Below, one piece after another: positions 38,633 to 46,458 of a DNA stretch of 64,000 bases. How positions within the stretch are numbered: the first letter of the stretch is position 1; the number at the start of each line of letters is the position of its first letter. Source of the stretch: an uncultured Gammaproteobacteria bacterium (GTDB lineage: Bacteria; Patescibacteriota; Patescibacteriia; 2-12-FULL-57-11); the NCBI GenBank assembly GCA_964648865.1, contig CAZYLV010000002.1, positions 79,272-143,271 on the forward strand, written 5' to 3'. A program made the translations under genes and the position numbers. The notes below the pieces were generated by a model. It was not told the origin of the DNA. It saw only the letters and a list, made by a program, of their open reading frames with translations, and did not search any database.

Positions 38633-39211
38633 ATGAAGAATCGGCCCCCCGAGGAGTGGGGGAAGCTCCAGGTCTTCACCGGTACCGGCAAAGGCAAGAC
38701 CACGGCGGCGCTCGGCACGGCTCTGCGCGCGTTCGCCGTCGGCAAGCGCGTGGCCGTCGTCTGGTTCGACAAGGGCGGCACGCACTACAGCGAACGCGGG
38801 TTCCTGGGGTGGCTGCGGGAGCAGGAGACCCCGTGGGGCGGCAGCATCACCGTCGCCGCGTCCGGGCTCGACCGCATCGACCCGGAGACGGGGCGCTTCC
38901 GCTTCGGCGTCACGGATGAGGACAAGGCCGAGGCGGCCCGCGGCTGGGCCATCGCAGAGGGCCTCATCCGCGACGGACAGCACGATCTGGTCGTCCTGGA
39001 CGAGATCAACACCACCGTGGCCTTGGGCATGCTCCCCGAGGCACCGGTGCTCGCGGCCCTTGACGCACGCCCCGCGCACGTGGAGATAATCTGCACCGGA
39101 CGCGATGCGCCGCCGGGCATCCGCGAGCGGGCCGATCTCCTCACCGAGATGACGCTCGTCAAGCACTACTTCTACCACGGCGCCGCCGCCCGCGAGGGCT
39201 TGGATTACTAG
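38633..39211 (+). CDS. cobO: Cob(I)alamin / corrinoid adenosyltransferase (cobO/cobA/btuR family; family symbol only)
   Basis: P-loop FTGTGKGKTTAALG and VLDEI, ~190 aa, typical of ATP:cob(I)alamin adenosyltransferases. Confidence 0.8.
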   Translation: MKNRPPEEWGKLQVFTGTGKGKTTAALGTALRAFAVGKRVAVVWFDKGGTHYSERGFLGWLREQETPWGGSITVAASGLDRIDPETGRFRFGVTDEDKAEAARGWAIAEGLIRDGQHDLVVLDEINTTVALGMLPEAPVLAALDARPAHVEIICTGRDAPPGIRERADLLTEMTLVKHYFYHGAAAREGLDY

Positions 39212-39213
39212 TC

Positions 39214-39233
39214 GGGCGTGATGCATCACGCCC
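39214..39233. repeat. Copy 3 of the recurring palindrome (GGGCGTGATGCATCACGCCC, a perfect 20-mer), 11 nt upstream of the DUF4430 gene start
   Basis: The reverse complement is identical to the forward sequence. The flanking bases C/T...CCTAC resemble the arms of copy 1. Confidence 0.8.
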
Positions 39234-39244
39234 CTACAGCCGGT

Positions 39245-39685
39245 ATGAAACCCAAACTCGCCGCTTCCTTCATCGTCGTCGCGCTGGCCGCCTTCCTGCT
39301 CGGCTGGAGTTTCGGTCCTTCGCTGGCGCCGGCCCCGGCCGCTCCCGCGCCGGCCATGGACCAGAAGGAGCGCACCGTCTCCGTCATGCTCGACTTCGGC
39401 GACGGCACGGTGCGGACGTATGAGGGCGTGGCCTTCGCCGAGGGGGAGACGCTCTTCGACGTCATGCTGCGGCTCTCCGAGCGCGGCGACGGCTTCGTCT
39501 TCCGCCACCAACCGCCGGGCCAGTACGGCATCCTCATCGACCAGATCGGCAACATGGCCAGCGGTGCGGACGGCAAGTACTGGTTGTGGTACGAGAACAA
39601 CCGCATGGGGCAGGTGGCCTCGGACGCCTATGTCCTGCGGCCAGGCGACGTCATCGAGTGGAAGTTCATCAACCTCAAGATGTGA
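39245..39685 (+). CDS. DUF4430-domain secreted protein (transcobalamin-like, putative corrinoid-binding)
   Basis: A signal peptide and anchor, then the C-terminal KYWLWYENNRMGQVASDAYVLRPGDVIEWKF, which matches the DUF4430 signature (YW.Y.VNG....G...Y.L.DGD.I.W). Confidence 0.65.
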   Translation: MKPKLAASFIVVALAAFLLGWSFGPSLAPAPAAPAPAMDQKERTVSVMLDFGDGTVRTYEGVAFAEGETLFDVMLRLSERGDGFVFRHQPPGQYGILIDQIGNMASGADGKYWLWYENNRMGQVASDAYVLRPGDVIEWKFINLKM

Positions 39686-39687
39686 GC

Positions 39688-40230
39688 ATGCCCTACTTCA
39701 TGGCCGCCATCCTGGCGCTCCTGACCTTCGGCCTGCGCCTGGTCGAGCACCCCGAGAACGTCGCCCCCACGGCCGCGGCGATGCTCTTTGCGGGCGCCGT
39801 CCTGCCTCGGCGCTGGGGCTGGACCGCGCCGCTCGCGGGTTCCCTCGCCGCCGACGCCGTCATCGGGCTCTACGCCTGGCAGGTCATGGTCGCGGTCTAT
39901 GTCTCGTTTGCGGCCGTCTGGGCGCTCTCGGCGCTCGTCAACCGCGCCGCGCGTCCGGCCCGCACCGCGGTGCTGGCGATGACCGGTTCGTTGCTCTTCT
40001 TCCTGGTCACCAACTGGGCGACCTGGATGTGGACCGACCTCTACCCGGCCACATGGGCGGGGCTCGCCATGAGCTACGCCATGGGCGTGCCGTTCTTCCG
40101 CAACACCCTGCTCGGCGATCTCCTCTTCACCGGGGCGCTGTTTTCCGCGTATGCTGGATCGGTCTGGATCGTCCGCCACCGCACGGAACTCTTCGCCCAT
40201 CGGGTGATGCTGCGCGCGCGGGATCAATGA
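39688..40230 (+). CDS. Small six-TM membrane protein. Possibly an ECF-transporter S-component (candidate corrinoid substrate-capture subunit).
   Basis: ~180 aa with six hydrophobic helices, located directly after the DUF4430 gene. The assignment rests on context only. Confidence 0.4.
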   Translation: MPYFMAAILALLTFGLRLVEHPENVAPTAAAMLFAGAVLPRRWGWTAPLAGSLAADAVIGLYAWQVMVAVYVSFAAVWALSALVNRAARPARTAVLAMTGSLLFFLVTNWATWMWTDLYPATWAGLAMSYAMGVPFFRNTLLGDLLFTGALFSAYAGSVWIVRHRTELFAHRVMLRARDQ

Positions 40231-40234
40231 ACCT

Positions 40235-40915
40235 ATGATGGAGGGGAAGCTTTTCCAGGACATCACGGAGAAGGACAAGGTGGGCGTGGTCCAAAAGCTC
40301 GTCGAGGAGAGCGCCGCGCGGCCGCCGCAACTGTTCCTGCTCGTGGCCTCTTCGCTGATGGCCGCCTTCGGGCTGCTGCAGGACAACGCCACGGCGGTCA
40401 TCGGCAGCATGCTGCTGGCGCCGCTGCTCGCGCCGATCCTCGGCTTCTCGATGGGCGTGGTCATGGCCGACGGGCGCCTCATCGCCAAGGCCCTGCGGAC
40501 GCTGGGCATCTACGCGGCACTGGTCATCGCTGCGGCTGCGGTGGTGACGTTCCTCTTCGCCTTCCGCGGCGACCCGCTCGGCGTCGAGGTCCTCTCGCGC
40601 ACCAGCCCGTCTCTGTTTTCGGCCGGCATCGCCGTGGCCGCCGGCGCCGCCGTGGCCTACGCGCTGATGCGGCCCGAGCTTTCCGCGGCCATCCCGGGCG
40701 TGGCCATCGCCGTGGCGGTGCTGCCGCCGCTCGCCGTGGTCGGCGTGACCTTGGCCCGCGGCCGCTGGGACCTCGTGGGCGGCGCCTTCCTGCTGTTCCT
40801 GGTCAATGCCGCGGGCATCGTCTTCGCCAGCATGGTCATCTTCTCCCTGATGCGCATCATGCTCAAACGCGGCGTCGCCGAGCAGACGCTCGACAAGGTC
40901 GAACGGGGAGCGTGA
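40235..40915 (+). CDS. DUF389-family membrane protein
   Basis: A hydrophilic N-terminus, then about five TM helices with GSMLLAPLLAPILG, typical of the DUF389/TIGR00341 family. Confidence 0.5.
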   Translation: MMEGKLFQDITEKDKVGVVQKLVEESAARPPQLFLLVASSLMAAFGLLQDNATAVIGSMLLAPLLAPILGFSMGVVMADGRLIAKALRTLGIYAALVIAAAAVVTFLFAFRGDPLGVEVLSRTSPSLFSAGIAVAAGAAVAYALMRPELSAAIPGVAIAVAVLPPLAVVGVTLARGRWDLVGGAFLLFLVNAAGIVFASMVIFSLMRIMLKRGVAEQTLDKVERGA

Positions 40916-40923
40916 GCAGACGA

Positions 40924-40950
40924 AAAGACGCCCGGTGCGGGGCGTCTTTT
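40924..40950. terminator. Bidirectional intrinsic terminator
   Basis: AAAAGACGCCC-GGTGC-GGGGCGTCTTTT. The hairpin is flanked by an A-run and a T-run, between convergent genes. Confidence 0.75.
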
Positions 40951-40954
40951 CCGT

Positions 40955-41356
40955 TCAGGGAAGGTCGTTCACCTTGACGATCGTCATCACCACGCGGCCG
41001 CCGCGGGCGTCCATCTGGTGCGGCATGCCCCGCGGGATGGAGACGACGTCGCCTGGCGCGGCGCGGAAGGTGCTGCCGCCCTCGATGCGCTCGGCCTTAT
41101 GCTCGCCGGGCCTGGTCACCCGGTCGCCGACGGGCGCGCCGCCGAGGACGAAGGTCACGGCGCCTTCGACCACGGTGAAGACGTCGGCCGCGGCGTCGTG
41201 GATCTCGGCCTCGGGCATGACGTCGTGGAGCACGATGACGGCCACGGCGTAGCGCTCGGAAAAGTCGCCGGCGACCAGCGTGACATGTTTTCCAGGCGCC
41301 GTCGTCGACGCGGCGATCTCCGTGATGCGCGTGGCGGGGATGGGGAGGTGTTCCAT
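40955..41356 (-). CDS. Cupin-domain protein
   Basis: A conserved-barrel His/Glu pattern (HKAERIEGGSTF...GDVVSIPRGMPHQ). The start is at MEHLPIP, not at the upstream M of the ORF track. Confidence 0.6.
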   Translation of the reverse strand: MEHLPIPATRITEIAASTTAPGKHVTLVAGDFSERYAVAVIVLHDVMPEAEIHDAAADVFTVVEGAVTFVLGGAPVGDRVTRPGEHKAERIEGGSTFRAAPGDVVSIPRGMPHQMDARGGRVVMTIVKVNDLP

Positions 41357-41357
41357 G

Positions 41358-41798
41358 TCAGGCGGCGGTCGGCACGGGCGGCCGGGCTTTGCGCCAGGCA
41401 AGCACTGCCAACCCTGTCACGCCGATGATCAGGGTCTGCGACAACAGGCAGAGCACGCAATAGGCGCCGAGGACGAAGAACTCGATGCCGGTGAGGTACA
41501 AGGAAAAGCCCAGCGCGCCGAGCGCGAGCGTCAGGTAGAGCGCCGCGGCGTTGCGCGGATGGCGCAGCAGCCACAGCCCGGCGGCCAGCAAGGCCAGGTT
41601 CCCGAGGATGCCGATGAGCGCCACGGGGATGCCGAACAGCTCGGAGAACGTGCTCTTGTTGACGATGTCGCAGGAGAACGTGGCCGAGATGTTGCAGAAG
41701 GCCGACCCCGCCGGCGCGAAGTGCTGCCAGAGGGCATAGCCGGCGTTGGCGGTGCCGATGCCGGTGAGCGCGGTGTTGGTGGCGACGAGCTTCCTCAT
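41358..41798 (-). CDS. Vitamin K epoxide reductase (VKOR) family protein
   Basis: A loop cysteine pair (CNISATFSC) and a CVLC active-site CxxC within TM4, on a four- or five-TM scaffold. Confidence 0.75.
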   Translation of the reverse strand: MRKLVATNTALTGIGTANAGYALWQHFAPAGSAFCNISATFSCDIVNKSTFSELFGIPVALIGILGNLALLAAGLWLLRHPRNAAALYLTLALGALGFSLYLTGIEFFVLGAYCVLCLLSQTLIIGVTGLAVLAWRKARPPVPTAA

Positions 41799-41799
41799 G

Positions 41800-42177
41800 T
41801 CAGGACGGGAGGGCGCAGCCGGTCTTCTCGGCGAGGTCCTCGAGCGATTGTTCGCCCGTCAGCCGCGTGCCGTCGGCGAAGATCCAGGTCGGGTAGCCCT
41901 CGATCTTGGCTTCCTGGCAGGCAGGCGCGACGGCGCTCTGGTTGCCCGGGATGGCGCACTCGATGTAGGGAAGCTTCTTGGCCGAATTGCCGAAGAGCTT
42001 CTTCTGGTTGGCGCAATGCGGGCACCAGAACGCGCCGTAGAACTTGGCGCCTCTCTCGCCGAGGCAGGAGGCGAAGCCGTCCAGCGGGCCGGGCTGGCTG
42101 TTGGTGTACCAGATGCCGCCGCCGATGCCGCCGACGACGAGCACCACGATGAGCGCGATGAGTGCGGGGAACTTCAT
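41800..42177 (-). CDS. Membrane-anchored thioredoxin-fold disulfide oxidoreductase (DsbA-like partner of VKOR)
   Basis: An N-terminal TM helix and the WCPHC active site. It is immediately upstream of the VKOR gene, with the stop codon abutting the VKOR start. Confidence 0.75.
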   Translation of the reverse strand: MKFPALIALIVVLVVGGIGGGIWYTNSQPGPLDGFASCLGERGAKFYGAFWCPHCANQKKLFGNSAKKLPYIECAIPGNQSAVAPACQEAKIEGYPTWIFADGTRLTGEQSLEDLAEKTGCALPS

Positions 42178-42224
42178 ATCCTCCCTACTATACGCCGTAG
42201 TAGTGGACTTGAGAAGCGGTGGCA

Positions 42225-42254
42225 TTGACATATGCAACTGAGTTGCATTAGCAT
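42225..42254 (+). promoter_or_regulatory. Promoter TTGACA-17/18nt-TAGCAT whose spacer is a perfect 17-bp palindrome, ATGCAACT-G-AGTTGCAT (42232-42248). This is a candidate Fur-family operator for autoregulation of the downstream regulator, and possibly of the divergent dsb operon.
   Basis: A perfect dyad sits between consensus -35 and -10-like hexamers. The ATG at 42261 is ~7 nt after the -10, so the transcript is leaderless. Confidence 0.65.
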
Positions 42255-42260
42255 TGCCCC

Positions 42261-42683
42261 ATGCCTGCCGCCCACCCCTCCCTCGACGGCCTGCGCGCCG
42301 CCGGGCACCGCATCACGCCGGTGCGCCAGGAGATCGTCGCCCTGCTGGCGCGCTCCCGGATGCCGTTGACCGCCGCCGAGATCGGCGTGCGGCTTTCCCG
42401 CGTCCGTCCCGGGACCAACAAGACCACCGTCTATCGCGAGCTGGAGTTCCTGGTGGCACAGGAGGTGGTTTCCGTCGTCCGCTTCGGCGAGCGCAGCGCC
42501 CGCTACGAGATCGCCGGCGGCGAGCACCATCATCATCTCGTCTGCACGCGCTGCGGCCGCGTCGTCGACATCATGCTGTCGGACGATCCGGACCGCCACG
42601 CCGCGCGCATCCGCCGCGAGACCGGCTTCACCGTGACGAGCCACGCCCTGGAGTTCTTCGGGTCCTGCAGGGATTGCTCCTGA
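42261..42683 (+). CDS. Fur-family metal-responsive transcriptional regulator (Fur/Zur/Nur/PerR-like)
   Basis: A winged-helix N-terminus, an HHHH run and CTRCGR...CRDC (two CxxC pairs), at ~140 aa. Confidence 0.8.
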   Translation: MPAAHPSLDGLRAAGHRITPVRQEIVALLARSRMPLTAAEIGVRLSRVRPGTNKTTVYRELEFLVAQEVVSVVRFGERSARYEIAGGEHHHHLVCTRCGRVVDIMLSDDPDRHAARIRRETGFTVTSHALEFFGSCRDCS

Positions 42684-42686
42684 GAT

Positions 42687-43676
42687 ATGCGCATCGCTTT
42701 CGTCGGCAAGGGGGGCGCGGGGAAGACGACCAGCGCCGCGCTGTTCGCGGCCTATGCCAGGACGCGCGGCGTCCCGGTGCTGGCCGTGGACGCGGACATC
42801 AACATGCATCTTGGGCCGCTGCTCGGCCTGCCGGAGGCGCCTGCCGCGTCGCACATCTCGCATCCGGAAGCGGCCGCGTCACTCAAGACGCATCTCAAGG
42901 GCGACAACGAGCGCATCGCCAGCCTCGGCGCCTTCCGCAAGACCACGCCGCCCACGCGCGATTCGCGGTTCGTGGTCCTCGGCGACGAGGCCGATCCGCT
43001 GCTCGCGCGCTTCGCCGCAGGCGCGCCCGGGTTCCGCCTGCTCACCGTAGGGACGTATGAGGAGGAACGGATCGGCGCCAGCTGCTACCACAACAACCTC
43101 TCGGTGCTCGAGAACCTGCTGACGCATCTCGTGGACGCGCCCGGCGTGCTGGTCTGCGACATGGTCGCCGGCACGGACGCCTTCGCCAGCACGCTGCATG
43201 CGCAGTTCGACGTGCTCGCGCTCGTCGTGGAGCCGACGCGCCGCGGACTCGAGGTCTACGGCCAATACGCAGCGCTGGCCGCGGCCGCCGGCGTCGCGGA
43301 CCGGCTGGCCGTCATCGGCAACAAGGTCCGTGGTGGGGAGGACGAGGCCTTCCTGCGCGCGGCCATCCCGGCCGCGCGGTTCCTCGGTGTCATGGGCGAT
43401 GCCGCGGAGTTGCGGCGCCTGGACCGCGAGGGCGGCGCCGTCGACCTGGCCCGCATGGAGCCGGAGCACGTCGGCTGGTTGCCGGCGCTCTTCGCGCGGC
43501 TGGCCGCCCGCCCCGCCGACCCGGACGAGCGCTACCGCCAGCTGCTTGCCCTGCACCGCACCTATGTGGCGCAGGCCTCCATCATCGAGCGCTTCGGCGA
43601 CCTGACGACGCAGATCGACCCGGGCTTCGACTACGCGGGCCATCTCTCCCGGCTATGGCCGATCCGCGCCACCTGA
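42687..43676 (+). CDS. CooC/ParA/MinD-family P-loop ATPase (SIMIBI class; possible metallochaperone or metal-centre maturation ATPase)
   Basis: A deviant Walker A motif (IAFVGKGGAGKTT) and a DADIN Walker B-like motif. Confidence 0.65.
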   Translation: MRIAFVGKGGAGKTTSAALFAAYARTRGVPVLAVDADINMHLGPLLGLPEAPAASHISHPEAAASLKTHLKGDNERIASLGAFRKTTPPTRDSRFVVLGDEADPLLARFAAGAPGFRLLTVGTYEEERIGASCYHNNLSVLENLLTHLVDAPGVLVCDMVAGTDAFASTLHAQFDVLALVVEPTRRGLEVYGQYAALAAAAGVADRLAVIGNKVRGGEDEAFLRAAIPAARFLGVMGDAAELRRLDREGGAVDLARMEPEHVGWLPALFARLAARPADPDERYRQLLALHRTYVAQASIIERFGDLTTQIDPGFDYAGHLSRLWPIRAT

Positions 43677-45127
43677 ACGTCTTTTCCGGGCCCACGGCTC
43701 TGGCCGATTCCCTCGATCCGGACAAGCAGCCCTATTTCCCCCTGATCGAGCTGCCGCCGGACCTCAACCCCCTGGCCGGGGATCGGGTGCGCATCTTCGC
43801 CAAGGCCATGCACCAGCACCCGCTCGGCAACGTCAAGGCGCTGCCGGCCTTGCGCATGCTCCGCGAGGCCGACGCCGCGCGTCCCCTGGCCGGGGAGTCG
43901 CTCATCGAGAACTCCTCGGGCAACACCGTGGCCTCGCTGGCCGTGTTGGGCCGCCTGTTCGGCGTCGCGCGCACGCGGGCCGTCGTCTCCCACGAGGTGA
44001 CGCCGGGCAAGCTGCAGCTGTTGCGGCTGTTCGGCGTCGAGGTCCAGGTCAACGAGGAGCCAATCTGTCCGGATCCGCACGACGCGACGAGCGGCATCCA
44101 CCTGGCAGCGCAGAAGGGCGCGGAGCCGGGCTGGCGCAACCCTGGCCAGTACGACAACGCCGCCAACCCCGCGGCGCATGAGGCCTGGACCGGCCCACAG
44201 ATCTGGGAGCAGACCGCCGGAGCGGTCACGGTCTTCTGTTGCGGCTTGGGGACCACCGGCACGGCGGTCGGCGCGGGCGGCTACCTCAAGCGGCGCGTGC
44301 CGCAGCTCGCGCGCATCGGCGTGGTGCGCGCGCCCAACAACCCGGTACCCGGCGTCCGCACGGAGAACCTGCTGCGGGAGATCGCCTTCGATTGGCGTGG
44401 TGCCGTGGATCGGCTCGTCGAGGTCGGCACCGTGGACGCGTACCGCGAGAGCCTGGCCCTCATCCGGCGCGGCATCGTCTGCGGCCCGAGCGCGGGCTTC
44501 GCCTACGCCGGCCTGCTGCGGTTCCTCGAGGAAGCGCGGGAGGCCGGCGGCCTGGACGCCCTGCGCAACGCGGCAGGCGAGGTCGTCGCCGTGTTCGTAT
44601 GTCCGGACTCGCCGCTGCCGTACCTCGACGAGTACTTTTCGTGCCTCGATGCCGCGCACTTCCCGGAGATCGTCGGGGAAGAGCTGCTGCTGCATCGCGC
44701 GGCGCGACCGAGGCGCGCCCCCGCGATGGCAACCGCGCTCGACGCTGCGGCCGCCTACGGGCGCCTGTACGACATGCCGGCGCCTGCCCTCGCGCGGGCC
44801 GTCGCCGCGGGGACGGCCGCCATGCGTCCTGGTGTGGCGCTCCTCGACCTGCGATCGGCTGAGGACTTCGCGCATTTCCACCTCATCGGCGCCGAGCGCC
44901 TGGAGTATCGGGACGCCTTACGGGATGTCGACAACATCGCCGCGGTCCTGGCAGGACGCACGGCGATCGTCATCTGCGCGCACGGGGCGCGGTCGCAGGT
45001 CCTGGCCGGGTTGCTGCGGCAACATGGCGTCGATGCCTGGAGCGTGGCGGGCGGCACCACGGAATGGTCCCGCCGCCACTTGCCGCGCTGGCGCGCCGAC
45101 GCTTGCCGGGTCCGGGACCGCACCTAA
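43655..45127 (+). CDS. PLP-dependent cysteine-synthase/CBS-family (fold type II) enzyme fused to a C-terminal rhodanese domain
   Basis: A PLP-Lys region (HPLGNVKALPAL), SGNT, the glycine loop GLGTTGT, and a C-terminal rhodanese with an active-site CAHGARS (CxxGxR). Confidence 0.7.
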   Translation: MADPRHLNVFSGPTALADSLDPDKQPYFPLIELPPDLNPLAGDRVRIFAKAMHQHPLGNVKALPALRMLREADAARPLAGESLIENSSGNTVASLAVLGRLFGVARTRAVVSHEVTPGKLQLLRLFGVEVQVNEEPICPDPHDATSGIHLAAQKGAEPGWRNPGQYDNAANPAAHEAWTGPQIWEQTAGAVTVFCCGLGTTGTAVGAGGYLKRRVPQLARIGVVRAPNNPVPGVRTENLLREIAFDWRGAVDRLVEVGTVDAYRESLALIRRGIVCGPSAGFAYAGLLRFLEEAREAGGLDALRNAAGEVVAVFVCPDSPLPYLDEYFSCLDAAHFPEIVGEELLLHRAARPRRAPAMATALDAAAAYGRLYDMPAPALARAVAAGTAAMRPGVALLDLRSAEDFAHFHLIGAERLEYRDALRDVDNIAAVLAGRTAIVICAHGARSQVLAGLLRQHGVDAWSVAGGTTEWSRRHLPRWRADACRVRDRT

Positions 45128-45522
45128 GCGCGGTCCTTCTTGCCGTTCCTGCCGCCGAAGAACTTCTGGATGCGGTCGATGATGCCCTGGAGCGGGATGT
45201 TGACCTTCACCAGGTAGTCGACGATGCCGAACTTGCGGGCGCGCTCGATGTCCGTGTCCTGCGAGAGCACCGAACAGACGATGACCGGCGTCTTGTCGGC
45301 GCTGTCCTGCTTCTCCTTGAGGAACTCGAACCCGTCCATGCGCGGCATGCGCAGGTCCAGGAGGATGAGGTCGTAGCGGTTCTTCTTGAGCATCGCAAGC
45401 GCCTCGATCCCGTCCTTGGCCAGGGTCGTGTCGAACCCGTCGGTCCGCAGCTTCAACGTGAGGATCTTGGAGATCCCCATGTCGTCCTCGACGAGAAGGA
45501 TGCGCTTTTTGCGGCCGGGCAT
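45124..45522 (-). CDS. Stand-alone response-regulator receiver (CheY-like) protein
   Basis: LLVEDD, the phospho-acceptor in LILLDLRMP, and the conserved Lys in DYLVKV. Confidence 0.8.
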   Translation of the reverse strand: MPGRKKRILLVEDDMGISKILTLKLRTDGFDTTLAKDGIEALAMLKKNRYDLILLDLRMPRMDGFEFLKEKQDSADKTPVIVCSVLSQDTDIERARKFGIVDYLVKVNIPLQGIIDRIQKFFGGRNGKKDRA

Positions 45523-45560
45523 AGGTCACTGGGAGTATAGCACGCCCAAGCGGAGAAGGC

Positions 45561-45589
45561 TTGGCAGGAAGGCCGACCCATAGTATGCT
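45561..45589 (+). promoter_or_regulatory. Candidate tRNA promoter TTGGCA-17nt-TATGCT
   Basis: Hexamer spacing matches the other promoters in the window. It is ~22 nt upstream of the tRNA 5' end. Confidence 0.4.
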
Positions 45590-45611
45590 CCCGCCAACTC
45601 CGTTGTTGTGT

Positions 45612-45684
<73 letters not shown>

Positions 45685-45711
45685 CAGAGCAACGGATTTT
45701 CGCGTCCTCTC

Positions 45712-46401
45712 ATGGAACCGCACGGCATCCGCCACCTCGGCATCATCCTGGACGGCAACCGCACCTGGGCCCGCGGTCGTGGCCTGCCGACGTTGGAGGG
45801 CCACCGCCGCGGCTACGATAGGCTCAAGGAGTTCGGGGACTGGTGCATCGCCCGCGGCATTCCCATGGTCACGGCGTTCGCCTTCTCCACGGAGAATTGG
45901 AACCGTGCGCCGGAGGAGGTCGCGTACCTGATGGAGCTGCTCGAGCGCGCGCTCAGCCGCGAGGTCGACGAGTTCGACAAGCGTGGCGTGCGGCTGCGGG
46001 TCATCGGGCGGCGCGAGGGGCTGCCCACGGCAATCGTCCGGGCCGCCGCGGCCGCCGAGGAGCGCACCAAGAACAACGGCAAGATGACCCTGCAGCTGGC
46101 CATCAACTACGGCGGCCGTCCGGAGATCGTCGATGCCGCCAAGCGCGCCCTGGCGGCGGGCCTCACGCCGGAGACGCTCACCGAGGAGGCCTTCACCCGT
46201 TTCCTGTACGCGCCGGAGACCCCCGATCCCGACCTCATCATCCGTACCGCCGGCCACCGGCGGCTCTCCGGATTCCTGCTCTGGGAGGCCGCCTACAGCG
46301 AGCTGCATTTCACCAAGACGCTCTGGCCGGACTTCTCGGAGGTCGACCTCGACGCCGCTCTGGCCGACTACGCCGGCCGTGTACGCAAGTTCGGGAAGTG
46401 A
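45712..46401 (+). CDS. uppS: Undecaprenyl-diphosphate synthase (cis-isoprenyl transferase)
   Basis: HLGIILDGNRTWA and FAFSTENWNR, the UPP synthase signatures. Confidence 0.9.
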   Translation: MEPHGIRHLGIILDGNRTWARGRGLPTLEGHRRGYDRLKEFGDWCIARGIPMVTAFAFSTENWNRAPEEVAYLMELLERALSREVDEFDKRGVRLRVIGRREGLPTAIVRAAAAAEERTKNNGKMTLQLAINYGGRPEIVDAAKRALAAGLTPETLTEEAFTRFLYAPETPDPDLIIRTAGHRRLSGFLLWEAAYSELHFTKTLWPDFSEVDLDAALADYAGRVRKFGK

Positions 46402-46410
46402 GCTATACTG

Positions 46411-46421
46411 GGCGTGATGCC
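46411..46421. repeat. Half-site GGCGTGATGCC, identical to the left arm of palindrome copies 2 and 3. It is preceded by TATACT, upstream of the antiporter gene.
   Basis: An 11-mer shared with the 38612 and 39215 arms. The right arm does not complete a palindrome here. Confidence 0.4.
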
Positions 46422-46458
46422 CAGGAGGAAAGGGGGGAAGACATCGTTCTGGAAGGAC

